The translations under genes and the position numbers were made by a program. Positions 1 to 9,557 of a DNA stretch of 29,204 nt are shown piece by piece. The stretch's first letter is position 1; each line of letters starts with the position of its first letter. Origin of the DNA: an uncultured Ruminococcus sp. (GTDB lineage: Bacteria; Bacillota; Clostridia; Oscillospirales; Ruminococcaceae); contig CAMWUF010000001.1 of assembly GCA_947177375.1 (NCBI GenBank), positions 1 through 29,204 of the forward strand, read 5' to 3'. The notes under the pieces were generated by a model. It saw only the letters and a list, made by a program, of their open reading frames with translations. It was not told where the DNA came from and searched no databases.

Positions 1-93
1 CCCCCCTCCCCCCCCACCTTTAGTTCTCGACCACACCTGAGCATCTGAGCTCCTGAGATGTCTCGTGGGCCCTGAGATGTGAAAAAGAGACAG
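1..93 (+). other. Sequencing artifact: poly-C plus degraded Illumina Nextera i7 adapter (not biological)
   Basis: 60-93 GTCTCGTGGGCCCTGAGATGTGAAAAAGAGACAG matches Nextera GTCTCGTGGGCTCGGAGATGTGTATAAGAGACAG at 30/34. It is preceded by an 8-nt index-like CCTGAGAT (52-59), a degraded P7 GCAT..GAG.T and poly-C (reverse complement of a two-colour poly-G tail). Confidence 0.93.
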
Positions 94-307
94 CTCCTAT
101 CAGAGTGTGCAAAACAGAACATTTCACTCCGTTGCATTTATTGGGCAAAGTCTGCGACCTTGATGGCTATAACTTCTCACAAATTTTCTAAAAAAATTTA
201 TTTTTTCTCCAAAAAAATTTAAGTGAGAAGTTTTTATCTGCTCCGCAGTTGGGAAATTCCCAAACCCTTTTTTATAATTTTTATAACTAGCTTGTTAAAC
301 AAACTAG
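94..307. promoter_or_regulatory. Non-coding region rich in inverted repeats; candidate oriT or operator region
   Basis: IR AACTTCTCAC (171-180)/GTGAGAAGTT (223-232); perfect TTGGGAA-A-TTCCCAA (249-263); CTAGCTTGTT/AACAAACTAG (287-307). It lies downstream of the toprim module, where oriT-mobC-relaxase often follow in related elements. Confidence 0.4.
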
Positions 308-313
308 GAATTT

Positions 314-634
314 TTAATTGTTATTTTTTGTTTTTCCAATTCTGTCAAAATAGTTTTCTGGTGTTTCTTCAATCGCATTGACATAAATTGAAAATAGTTT
401 GATAAGCAATGCTGCTTCATGCTCATAAAAATAAATAACAACTTGCTCTTCATCATTGTATATGAATTTTCTTCCATGATTCAAAATCTTATTTTTTAAT
501 CGTTTGGCATATACGCTGTATTTATTTGTTGTATCAATAGCAATATAATTTTCTAAAACAGAAATCATAGAATTTAGAAAATCTCTTGTCATGAAAACTT
601 CCACAGCACCACGTCTGCTTTTATTATTGTTCAC
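314..634 (-). CDS. Hypothetical protein (106 aa)
   Basis: GTG start overlaps the upstream TGA (GTGA coupling); RBS-like GAGGTG upstream. Confidence 0.75.
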   Translation of the reverse strand: MNNNKSRRGAVEVFMTRDFLNSMISVLENYIAIDTTNKYSVYAKRLKNKILNHGRKFIYNDEEQVVIYFYEHEAALLIKLFSIYVNAIEETPENYFDRIGKTKNNN

Positions 635-1689
635 GAATTGCCACCTCTCTTCTTAAAAAGATTTGATAATGATAAATTTTTTTGTTGCTGATTCTCCATC
701 AGATTCAAATTTTTATTTTCACTTTGAAAAACGAGAAGTTCATTCCAATCTTTGAATCCTTGATAGTCAAGATGTTTCTTTACGCTTTCAGAACGAACGA
801 AACCATTGTCTGATTCAAACTGCCTACCCTTATTATCATTATCTACACAAGAAATAATTTCCACTCCCTCAGACTGTAATTTTTTTGGAATCGTTGGCTT
901 TAGTCCAGCCATTGAAATGAATGCTGTACCTCTCATTAATTTGTTTTTTTTATCACAGAATGAGTAGAAACTCATCAGGTCAATTGCACTCTCAAACAAA
1001 TATGCCCTTTTTAATTTGCCATCTTTTGCAGGATAGGGCGTAAACATAAATACGCTGTCACGAGTTCCAGCAACTACACCTTTGAAACGTTTAAAAGAAG
1101 TAATTCCTTGAATTTCACCGCCAATAATTTCACCTTTGGCATTTTTATGAATAAAAACCGCATTTTCTCCTTTTAGTCTTTCGGTTTTCTGTGATTGGTA
1201 TAAATTTTGCGAGTGAACCAATTCTTCAACAATCGCAACAGGAATTTTTCTAGTCTTGCAAAGGTAAGCAAATAATCTTCTCATGTTTTGTGCTGGTGGT
1301 GGCATTTCCAACATTCTTTTTATTTTTTCAAGTTTTTCAACTGGAGGTGAAGTGTATTCTGGGGCTTGACTTTTTGGAAAATCATAAGAATGCATTGTAG
1401 AAATATTTCTTCCAGTCAGTTCCAGAACGGCTTGGTTAAAACTCATGCCAAGCAGTTCAGTAAGGCAATCAATGGAATTATTAATTCTTCCCTCTATGCC
1501 ACCACCTTTTTTAGTGGCATAATGACAGCACCATTTCTTTTCAGATGGATTAATGCAAAGTCCAGGAATTTCTTCCACATAATATTCAGTTCTATATTTT
1601 TTCAATGTGTAGCCACTTATTCGGAAATAATCGACTAAATCGGCTTCTCTTGCATCTTGCACTAACCTGTTAAAATCTTCTTTGTTCAT
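631..1689 (-). CDS. DUF3991/Toprim-domain protein (primase-like, ICE-associated)
   Basis: DnaG-like N-terminus (DLVDYF..., KWCCHY, NSIDCL), RLFAYLCKTRKI segment, Toprim motifs LFESAIDLMS and CVDNDNKG; RBS AAAGGAG. Confidence 0.85.
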   Translation of the reverse strand: MNKEDFNRLVQDAREADLVDYFRISGYTLKKYRTEYYVEEIPGLCINPSEKKWCCHYATKKGGGIEGRINNSIDCLTELLGMSFNQAVLELTGRNISTMHSYDFPKSQAPEYTSPPVEKLEKIKRMLEMPPPAQNMRRLFAYLCKTRKIPVAIVEELVHSQNLYQSQKTERLKGENAVFIHKNAKGEIIGGEIQGITSFKRFKGVVAGTRDSVFMFTPYPAKDGKLKRAYLFESAIDLMSFYSFCDKKNKLMRGTAFISMAGLKPTIPKKLQSEGVEIISCVDNDNKGRQFESDNGFVRSESVKKHLDYQGFKDWNELLVFQSENKNLNLMENQQQKNLSLSNLFKKRGGNS

Positions 1690-1714
1690 TTATTATATTA
1701 TCACTCCTTTAAGC

Positions 1715-1750
1715 ATAAATGCCCTTAAAGTTTTCGAAGAGGGCATTTAT
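1715..1750. terminator. Intergenic stem-loop between the helicase and toprim genes
   Basis: ATAAATGCCCT (1715-1725)/AGGGCATTTAT (1740-1750) perfect 11-bp IR. No U-tract on the minus strand; T-rich tail on the plus strand. Confidence 0.5.
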
Positions 1751-1759
1751 TAATGTTTT

Positions 1760-4700
1760 TTATATTCTTCGTGTTGTTTGAAATTGGTTCAAGTTATCTT
1801 CTTCAGTAGGTTGATAATCGTTTTCATCTACACTATAGAGTGCTTCACGGCTTGTTTTTTCTTCTATTGTTTCAATCACTGGGTCAGCTTCATCTTCAGG
1901 GTCATAAATGTCATCTGATGAATCAAAAAAAGAATCATCCTGTTCTGAAAGTTTGGCAAGTCTTTGTTCCAGTTCTTGTAATTCTTCTATGTCGGCTTGC
2001 AATTCTTCTTCACGAGGAAATGGAATAGTAGCACGTTCTTCCGCCTGTTTCAAGCTTAGCTGTAAATTTTCTATTTCATGTATTGTGTCTGTTTCTTGGT
2101 TTGGAATAGCTTTGTTAATAAGATGTTGTAACCTAGACATATTGTCCTGTTTTTCACCGATACCAGCGTCACAGTGGTAACTATGTTTGCCTTTTAGGAT
2201 AAATTTGATTTTATCATGGATAGCATTGACAAATACAGAAAGTTTAAAACCACCGATTTTTGCTTTTGGAAATTTCTGATTTGGATTGCTCATTGCTCTA
2301 TGTACCATACTCAAGAGATATGCATTAATATCTTTTCTTTCTTTTAGAATATTTCCTGAGTCTGTTGTCAATGTAAAGTTTTTCATTAATGTAGCAGAAG
2401 ATTTATCTTGCTGGATAGTTTCAAGTAATTGCTGTTTTCCTGCGATTTGTTTAGGAATATCTTCAATTTTTTGTTCTGTGATTGCAGTTTCACGCATATA
2501 AGCTTTTTTTAGCATTTTAAGTTCTTCAATTTCGTTGCTTAACTCAATTCTTCGTCTAAAATCTGGATTTCCCTCTGCTGCTGCCTGAATTTCACCAAAT
2601 GTCAAAACTTTTTCGTCACAATCTTCTGAAACTCTTGCAGGACATTTGTCATCTAAAAGCTGTGCGATGAATCTAGCTTTATCGGTGACTGTTTGATACA
2701 AGTAACTATCAAGCGTTCCCTCTGTTACATAATTAAAAATTTCTACTTCATCAAAATTATTTCCTTGGCGGAGAATTCTTCCCTCACGTTGTTCAAAATC
2801 TGATGGCTTCCAAGGAATGTCCACATGATGTAATGCATAAAGATTTTCCTGAATATTTGCTCCTGTTCCAAGTGTTCCTGTGCTTGCAATCACGACTTTG
2901 TATTTTCCGTTATTAATATCTTGAAAAATTGCTTCACGATTCTTAGCGTCCGCTTTTGGTGCAAAGATAATCTCATCTTCTGGAATGCCCTTTTCTATTA
3001 GTTCTTTCTTGATATAGTCATATACTGAGAAATTTCCATTATCAGAATTTACAGCAATATCTGAAAAAATAATTTGCACGCCATTTTGCTCTTTTTTATC
3101 ATGATAAATTTGTGCCACATTTTCAACACATTTGTCAACTTTGCTATCTTTGACATCAAGAAATCCCTCTGGAATATCTTCTCCATTTTTTTGATAGAGG
3201 GAGGCAATCGCTTGATTGCCTAATCCAACGAGCCGAGCTTCACTTGTGATTTTCAAAAGATTATCTTCACTAGGTTCTACCACACCATCTGAAATTGCTT
3301 TTGCACGGCGTGCTAAACTTCTGACATACTCTTTTTGTTCAGGACTTGCTGAAACTTTCAAAATTTGAGGCTTGCCTGTTTTTAAAGCTGGGCGTGGTAA
3401 TTGTAATTTTTCAGCACTTTGAACATCCGCAAATTCTTTGTACATTGCCATCAATTCAGGCAAATTTGCAAATTTAGCAAAAGCCGTTCTTAATTTCAAT
3501 TTTCCGTCTGCACCTTGTTGATTTTTCGTTACTACCTTTCCAAATGTTGCTGCCCAGTCGTCAAATCTTGCTACGCCTGCTTGTTCAAGCAAATCTGGAC
3601 GGAGATAACGTGTCATGACGTATAATTCTGTCATGCTGTTACTTACAGGTGTGCCTGTGCAAAATAGAATGTGTCCTTGTCCGAGCGTTTGGTTGAAATA
3701 ATCTGTCTTCATTTGCATATCTTCTGCTCTTCCTGATGGTCTTGTTGTAACTCCTGCGACATTCGTCATTTTGGTCACAACAAAGCCATTTTTATAGGCA
3801 TGTGCTTCATCGCATACAAGGTAATCAAAGCCCAATTGCTCAAATTCAAGCAAATCATCTTTTGCTTTTGACTTACTTTTTGGGTTAAGCAATTTTTCAA
3901 GTTTGGCTTCCAATTGTTTTTTAGCTTTTTCGATTGCTTTGACAGAATAATCTTTTTTTCCATGAGATTGTAATTTCTTTTCACGAAGCATATCTGCCAA
4001 GTCGTCAATTTCTTTTTGTATAAATTTTGCACGATATTCACGGGACATAGGAATTTTTTCAAATTGTTCCTGTGACATAATCACAGCGTCATATGAACCT
4101 GTTGCTACCCTTGCCGTGAATAAATTTCTTTTAGCTTCTGTAGACAAATCGTCATTTGTAACAGTCAGAATTTTGGCATCAGGGTACAATTTTCGCCATT
4201 CGCTTGCAGTTTGTTCAGTTAGTGCTTTTGGAACAACTACACAGGCTTTATTAATTAAGCCTAATTCTTTCTTTTTCATAACTGATGTAAACATGACAGC
4301 TGATTTTCCAGCACCGACAACATGTGCAGCAAGTGTATTTCCGCCATATACTGCTCTTGCAACGCAATTTTTCTGGTGTTGTCGTAGTTCAAAATTGTTG
4401 GCAAGTCCAGAAAAAGTTAAATGTGAGCCATCGTAGTCACGACCAACAAGACTATTAAAAATATCATTGTACTTACGTTCATATTTTTCTTTTCGTTCTG
4501 GAGTTGCGAAAATCCATTTTTCAAATTCTTGACGAATCGCTTTTGCTTTTTCCAATGCAATTTTAGTAGCTTGTGCATCTGTTCTTGTAATTGTTTGGCT
4601 TTTGTCCTTTGGATTAGGGTATTCTCGCTTTACAACAATACGACGTTGATTTAGAATTTTATTTGCTAGTTCATACATGTTGTAGTCACTTGTGCCATAT

Positions 4701-7700
4701 GTTGTTGTTTCATTCTGATTAAAGTCTCTATTACGACTTTTTGCTTTTATCACTTCAAATTCCCCTGTTGCTGATGAAAAATTTACGCTACATTTTTGGT
4801 CATTTTGATTTCTACCGCTTAAATGGTGTAAAAATTCTGTATAGTCTTCTGAATCAATCCAAGTACAGCCCATTTGTGCAGAAATTTCTTCTGCTTTTAT
4901 GTCTTCTGGAATGACTTGCTTTAAGGCTTGCATGTTTCTTTCATATTCTGGATTAATTTTTGCATGTTCTGTAGCAAATAATAATTTTTTTCTAACATTG
5001 CCTGAAAGATATTCGCTACGTTCTACAACACCAGAATAGGGCTTATCAGGCATATTTTTTTCAGGGTCAATGAAGATATACCCTTTGTCCAAAAGTTCCT
5101 TACAAACTTGTTCAGAAACTTGCGAAAAATTCATTGGGTAATTATCTGATAATAGCGTTGCCATGTATGGAATGTCTGGCTTTCCTTTTTTGTCAAGCGA
5201 AATTTGTAGTGCTTCTTCTACGGTCTTAACGGACGTAACTTCAACCATTGCATTGACCGTACGACGTGAAAAAATATCTGCTTTTTTTTCGTCCTTAGTT
5301 TCTAATGCTAGCAAAACTGGACAATCTGAATCAGTTTTAAAAAGCTTTTGGACTTTTTTATCTGATAACAAACCAAACTTTTTTTGATATTCATCATATT
5401 TTTGATTAAGTTGCTCACGCAGAGGAATCAATTTTGAATCGTCAACAGTATTTTTCTGCATGGTGATTAAATTTCTCGCTATTGTGCGAATTTCACACAA
5501 CATAGAAATTTGTTCTCTTTCAGAATCCTTGCATTTAATAGCAATCATGCTATTACCCTGACGGTAATATACTTTGCCATCTTTGATATGAAAGGAAAAA
5601 TTTTTGCCCCAAGGTTCGATTTTTTCCTGTCTTTCAGCAAAAGCTTTTTCACGTTTTGTTACTGTAATCTTAGCATTCAAGTTCTTAATTGCTTCATTCA
5701 ATTGCACTTGTAAATCAGTATTTGGAATTGGTGTACAAGTCATTCGTCCCTGATAAGATGATTTTTCAATTTTTCCAAGTACCATTTGCGGATTCTGTGC
5801 GAAGTAAGCATTAATGTTCAAACCACTGGCATTAGGGTCAGGCACAGTATAGCACCAATTAGGCTTTTTTTCATGAAATTGCAAAGGTGTTTCACGTTTT
5901 TTGAAAAAAATTATGTCAGTAGGTGTTTTTGTTCCTGCTGATGAAAAAGCATTATTCGGTAATCTGATTGCACCAACAAGTTCTGCTTGTTCCGCTAGAT
6001 ACTCACGGATTTTTGGATTTTTCTTGTCAAGTGTTCCACATGATGTAACAAAAGCAACTATTCCACCAGAGGCAACTTTGTCTAATGCTCTACGAAAGAA
6101 TGCGTCATGAATTCGCCAATCTTCTCTATAATCAGGGTCATTCAGGTTATAATCACCGAATGGCACATTGCCAATCACAAGGTCAAAGCTATCATTTTCT
6201 AGCTTCGTATGTTCAAAACCATTTTGAACAATCTGTACATTAGATTTTTCTCTGTGTAATTGCTTTGCAATTCTGGCAGTAATACTATCAATTTCAATGC
6301 CAGTAATTTCAGAATCGCTAAAACTATTGGGCATTCTGCTGATAAAGTTGCCTGTGCCACAAGACGGCTCTAAAATGCGTGCGTCTCGTGGCAAATCCAT
6401 ATTTTGAATTGCTTTGTACATTGAATCAATAATGATTTGTGGTGTATAATGTGAATTTAGTGTGCTAGAGCGAGCATTTGCATATTCTTCGTCAGTCAGC
6501 ATTTCTTTTAGTTGTTTTCTATAATAATCATACTGATGAAAACTTTCATCAAATAATTGTGGCAGTCCGCCCCAACCGCTGTAACGTCTTAGACGATTTT
6601 CGGAATTTTGTTTGCTATTATACTGGTTACTTCTTTTGTCATAAAGTTCTTCACCATTTTCTTCCGCTTTTTCGAGGCGAATCATTTCACGAATTGCAGC
6701 CAAATTATCAGAAATTTTTCTTGATGGGCTACTTGCGTATGCAATTTCAGGTAGATTTTTTTGTACTTTTGGCAATATAGATATGCCACCATGACTTTCA
6801 ATTGCACTTTGTCTGCTATATAATTCAGCTCTAAGCCCCATTACTTTTTCAAAGCTTTCTAACGATTTGTGAAGTGTCTCAGGTGTGAACGGAAATCCAT
6901 CTTCAGGATTATTAATTCTTCCAAGTCTGTATGTTGTACCGTCTTCCAATGTTTCAGTTAATGCCCATCCATATCCTTCGGATTCAACATTTAATTCGCC
7001 GAAACCGTGCTTTTGTGAAAATTGATTCAATATTTCACGTAAATAAGGTGTTTTGTCGTTGTTGGGTTCTTCATCTTCAATTATTTCTTCTGATTCTACT
7101 GTATCATTAATCCACATATAATTTTCATTTTTCTCATTGTATTCTGAAAGTGGTTGCCACATTTTCTCTATCGCTTCTAAAGTATGTTCGAAATTCTTTT
7201 CCAGTTCTTTTTGCAGATGTATATCAGGATTACCATAATCATCATGAACACACTGTGTCGTACTTATTTTAGAAATACTTTCTTGATATTCCAAAATTTC
7301 AAGTCTTTTTTCTTCATGTTTCAAGTCAAAAGTGAAAGTGAATTTAGGTCTATATATTAAATCGCCATTTTGAGATTCAGGTCTATATATTAATTCTCCA
7401 TCTTGAGTATGAAGATTCGTCATGCCATAGGTTTCACCACCTATACGTTCTAAACAAAGTAGTTCATGGTTATTTTCATCACGTCGCTCATATACATGTA
7501 TACCATCTGCAATTTCAGGGAATAGCTGTGTGAATTTTCCGTATAAACGCTCAGGACGAGTTTGGTGTTCAATTTTTGGGGTATGTTCTTCCTTAATTTC
7601 ATTTTTTAAATCTTTGAAATCGGAAATTTTTATGTTCTGAAAAGAAACACTGTCGTCAGTTCTATTTTCCTCTGAAATACCACCTTTTCCGTCATTAACA

Positions 7701-9136
7701 CTGTAAATAGTTGCTTCATTTTCATCGAAATTCACATCAACAGAGATTGTGAATTCATCGCTTTGCTGAAATGTTGCATAGTCTAAATCGCTTATTCTCT
7801 GCCCAATATTCATCAGTTCCCAGTACGGTTTTTCGCTATTGGCAGCAATATGTAAGATTTCATCAGCAGTAATTCCACTTGCTTTATAAGTGCCACTTTC
7901 ACCATTCATTTCTATTTTGTAAAGAATTTCATCTGTTTTACTTTGTAAATCTTTGAAATCAGAAATTTTTAGATTTTGGAAAGAAACATTGTCGTCAGTT
8001 CTATTTTCCTCTGAAATACCACCTTTTCCGTCATTAACGCTGTAAATAGTTGCTTCATTTTCATCGAAATTCACATCAACAGAGATTGTGAATTCATCGC
8101 TTTGCTGAAATGTTGCATAGTCTAAATCGCTTATTCTCTGCCCAATATTCATCAGTTCCCAGTACGGTTTTTCGCTATTGGCAGCAATATGTAAGATTTC
8201 ATCAGCAGTAATTCCACTTGCTTTATAAGTGCCACTTTCACCATTCATTTCTACTTTGTAAAGAATTTCATCTTTTGTTTTATTTTGTGAATCTTTTTCT
8301 TGAGAAGAAACATTGCTATCAGTCCTATTGCTCTCTGAAATACTTCCTTTTTTGTTATCCTTATTGTGAATAATTTCCTGTGTATTTTCAGATTTTTGTT
8401 TACTATTTTCTTCTGCTTGTGCTTTTTGTTCATTTTTTTCTGCAATCTTTTTAGCTATCATTTCTTGCATAGTGGCTTCAATTTTCATTAAAGCTCGATT
8501 TGCACTATTTGTAGCATAAGCTAAAAATGCCATTTTTTCTGATTCTGTTCTTAGCATTTGAAAAGCAGTAGGATTGGCAGGAATAGTAAATGAGTTGTTC
8601 CCCATTTCTAGCCTGCCCGACATGATGATTTGAACAGCATTAGAAAACGATTTTTGAAAAGTTTGGTATTTGTACGGTGGAATATTTAGAGCTTTCATGC
8701 ATTCCGTGACTTCTGGAATTCCTACTTGTCGAAGTGTTCCAGTAATAATACTTTCTTTTTCAGATATGCCAAGTTCTTTTTTTATAATACTAGCAGTCTG
8801 CTTGTTAAGTGTCCAAACACGAGGTTTTTTTTCTTCTTCTACTTGTGAAAAGTCGTATAGTTCCGTCTTTTTTCCATTTTTATCAATGAAACGTATGCCA
8901 GAAGCTCCAGCTTGTAGAGTGTAATCAAGCTGCTCCCACTGTTGCCTTGTCGCTATGAATTGTGCGTTTGGTCTTTGTGCAAAGAATTCAAGAGCTACGC
9001 CAGTCTTATGTTTGAATACCCGACCTTGAAATTTCAAAAAGTCTATATACATTTCAGCATTTTTTGTCATTTCTCTTAATTTTTCAGCACCAGCAGAGCT
9101 GAATGCGATTACTTTAACTTTATTTGTATTTTCCAA
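1760..9136 (-). CDS. Large polyvalent protein: ArdC-N-like domain + duplicated unknown domain + N6-adenine DNA methyltransferase + SNF2/SF2 helicase (DarB-like)
   Basis: TTG start with GGGAGG RBS. N-terminal AQRPNA..A...QW...G..GI (ArdC-N-like). MTase motif I EPSCGTGNF (6344-6370) and motif IV NVPF (6158-6169). Helicase motifs VGAGKS (~4301-4315), DEAH (3800-3811), GTPVSN and QREGRILRQGN. Confidence 0.9.
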   Translation of the reverse strand: MENTNKVKVIAFSSAGAEKLREMTKNAEMYIDFLKFQGRVFKHKTGVALEFFAQRPNAQFIATRQQWEQLDYTLQAGASGIRFIDKNGKKTELYDFSQVEEEKKPRVWTLNKQTASIIKKELGISEKESIITGTLRQVGIPEVTECMKALNIPPYKYQTFQKSFSNAVQIIMSGRLEMGNNSFTIPANPTAFQMLRTESEKMAFLAYATNSANRALMKIEATMQEMIAKKIAEKNEQKAQAEENSKQKSENTQEIIHNKDNKKGSISESNRTDSNVSSQEKDSQNKTKDEILYKVEMNGESGTYKASGITADEILHIAANSEKPYWELMNIGQRISDLDYATFQQSDEFTISVDVNFDENEATIYSVNDGKGGISEENRTDDNVSFQNLKISDFKDLQSKTDEILYKIEMNGESGTYKASGITADEILHIAANSEKPYWELMNIGQRISDLDYATFQQSDEFTISVDVNFDENEATIYSVNDGKGGISEENRTDDSVSFQNIKISDFKDLKNEIKEEHTPKIEHQTRPERLYGKFTQLFPEIADGIHVYERRDENNHELLCLERIGGETYGMTNLHTQDGELIYRPESQNGDLIYRPKFTFTFDLKHEEKRLEILEYQESISKISTTQCVHDDYGNPDIHLQKELEKNFEHTLEAIEKMWQPLSEYNEKNENYMWINDTVESEEIIEDEEPNNDKTPYLREILNQFSQKHGFGELNVESEGYGWALTETLEDGTTYRLGRINNPEDGFPFTPETLHKSLESFEKVMGLRAELYSRQSAIESHGGISILPKVQKNLPEIAYASSPSRKISDNLAAIREMIRLEKAEENGEELYDKRSNQYNSKQNSENRLRRYSGWGGLPQLFDESFHQYDYYRKQLKEMLTDEEYANARSSTLNSHYTPQIIIDSMYKAIQNMDLPRDARILEPSCGTGNFISRMPNSFSDSEITGIEIDSITARIAKQLHREKSNVQIVQNGFEHTKLENDSFDLVIGNVPFGDYNLNDPDYREDWRIHDAFFRRALDKVASGGIVAFVTSCGTLDKKNPKIREYLAEQAELVGAIRLPNNAFSSAGTKTPTDIIFFKKRETPLQFHEKKPNWCYTVPDPNASGLNINAYFAQNPQMVLGKIEKSSYQGRMTCTPIPNTDLQVQLNEAIKNLNAKITVTKREKAFAERQEKIEPWGKNFSFHIKDGKVYYRQGNSMIAIKCKDSEREQISMLCEIRTIARNLITMQKNTVDDSKLIPLREQLNQKYDEYQKKFGLLSDKKVQKLFKTDSDCPVLLALETKDEKKADIFSRRTVNAMVEVTSVKTVEEALQISLDKKGKPDIPYMATLLSDNYPMNFSQVSEQVCKELLDKGYIFIDPEKNMPDKPYSGVVERSEYLSGNVRKKLLFATEHAKINPEYERNMQALKQVIPEDIKAEEISAQMGCTWIDSEDYTEFLHHLSGRNQNDQKCSVNFSSATGEFEVIKAKSRNRDFNQNETTTYGTSDYNMYELANKILNQRRIVVKREYPNPKDKSQTITRTDAQATKIALEKAKAIRQEFEKWIFATPERKEKYERKYNDIFNSLVGRDYDGSHLTFSGLANNFELRQHQKNCVARAVYGGNTLAAHVVGAGKSAVMFTSVMKKKELGLINKACVVVPKALTEQTASEWRKLYPDAKILTVTNDDLSTEAKRNLFTARVATGSYDAVIMSQEQFEKIPMSREYRAKFIQKEIDDLADMLREKKLQSHGKKDYSVKAIEKAKKQLEAKLEKLLNPKSKSKAKDDLLEFEQLGFDYLVCDEAHAYKNGFVVTKMTNVAGVTTRPSGRAEDMQMKTDYFNQTLGQGHILFCTGTPVSNSMTELYVMTRYLRPDLLEQAGVARFDDWAATFGKVVTKNQQGADGKLKLRTAFAKFANLPELMAMYKEFADVQSAEKLQLPRPALKTGKPQILKVSASPEQKEYVRSLARRAKAISDGVVEPSEDNLLKITSEARLVGLGNQAIASLYQKNGEDIPEGFLDVKDSKVDKCVENVAQIYHDKKEQNGVQIIFSDIAVNSDNGNFSVYDYIKKELIEKGIPEDEIIFAPKADAKNREAIFQDINNGKYKVVIASTGTLGTGANIQENLYALHHVDIPWKPSDFEQREGRILRQGNNFDEVEIFNYVTEGTLDSYLYQTVTDKARFIAQLLDDKCPARVSEDCDEKVLTFGEIQAAAEGNPDFRRRIELSNEIEELKMLKKAYMRETAITEQKIEDIPKQIAGKQQLLETIQQDKSSATLMKNFTLTTDSGNILKERKDINAYLLSMVHRAMSNPNQKFPKAKIGGFKLSVFVNAIHDKIKFILKGKHSYHCDAGIGEKQDNMSRLQHLINKAIPNQETDTIHEIENLQLSLKQAEERATIPFPREEELQADIEELQELEQRLAKLSEQDDSFFDSSDDIYDPEDEADPVIETIEEKTSREALYSVDENDYQPTEEDNLNQFQTTRRI
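7346..7407. repeat. 33-bp imperfect tandem duplication (11 aa: QDGELIYRPES/QNGDLIYRPKF)
   Basis: AGGTCTATATATTAA at 7346 and 7379. Confidence 0.85.
7607..8273. repeat. 339-bp (113-aa) near-identical tandem duplication within the polyvalent protein
   Basis: 7607-7934 versus 7946-8273, almost identical in DNA. A degenerate partial third copy lies at ~8303-8353 (GSISESNRTDSNVS). Confidence 0.97.
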
Positions 9137-9169
9137 AAATTTTCCTCCCTTGCTTATTTAAAATAACTC

Positions 9170-9198
9170 TTTACATTTTCACTCTGTTATGATATAAT
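9170..9198 (+). promoter_or_regulatory. Candidate strong sigma-A promoter, antisense to the operon
   Basis: TTTACA (9170-9175), 17-nt spacer ending in TG-a, then TATAAT (9193-9198). Confidence 0.7.
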
Positions 9199-9526
9199 AA
9201 AATTGTTTTACAAGCTCATCATGGAGTTTTTCATTTTGGAACATGCGGATATTTAGGATAACATCTATTGCCATACAATATTTTTCCCATATATTAAACA
9301 TATCAATAACAGAGCTGTCATCAGCAGACTGTATATTATCAAGTCCATAAACATTAGATAAAATACTGCTAATTTGTTTTGGAGATAAACCATAACCAGG
9401 TGCAATTTCATAGAATGCAAACTGGATATAGGCAATCAAATACTGCATTACTATGTTGCTATAATCTGTGACTATATAGACAGAATCTTTATCCGAAAAA
9501 TGAATGCTCTTTATTTTATATATCAA
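9179..9526 (-). CDS. Hypothetical protein (~115 aa; start re-assigned to TTG 9526)
   Basis: GAGGTG RBS at 9533-9538 upstream of an in-frame TTG (MIYKIKSIHF...). The longer ORF extension to 9721 is only the antisense shadow of the + gene. Confidence 0.65.
   Translation of the reverse strand: MIYKIKSIHFSDKDSVYIVTDYSNIVMQYLIAYIQFAFYEIAPGYGLSPKQISSILSNVYGLDNIQSADDSSVIDMFNIWEKYCMAIDVILNIRMFQNEKLHDELVKQFYYIITE
9457..9465 (+). promoter_or_regulatory. Candidate extended -10 promoter upstream of the + strand gene
   Basis: TGcTATAAT at 9457-9465, about 90 nt upstream of ATG 9558; no good -35. Confidence 0.45.
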
Positions 9527-9557
9527 AAATAAACACCTCACTTTAGGAGAAAATAAA

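Noticed and set aside
75-93. Tn5 mosaic end as a genuine transposon terminus
   Set aside because: The context is the full Nextera primer with index and poly-C, so it is a library artifact.
7607-8273. Repeats as a CRISPR array or IS duplication
   Set aside because: All tandem repeats have periods divisible by 3 and lie in-frame within proteins; there are no unique spacers, cas genes or transposase.
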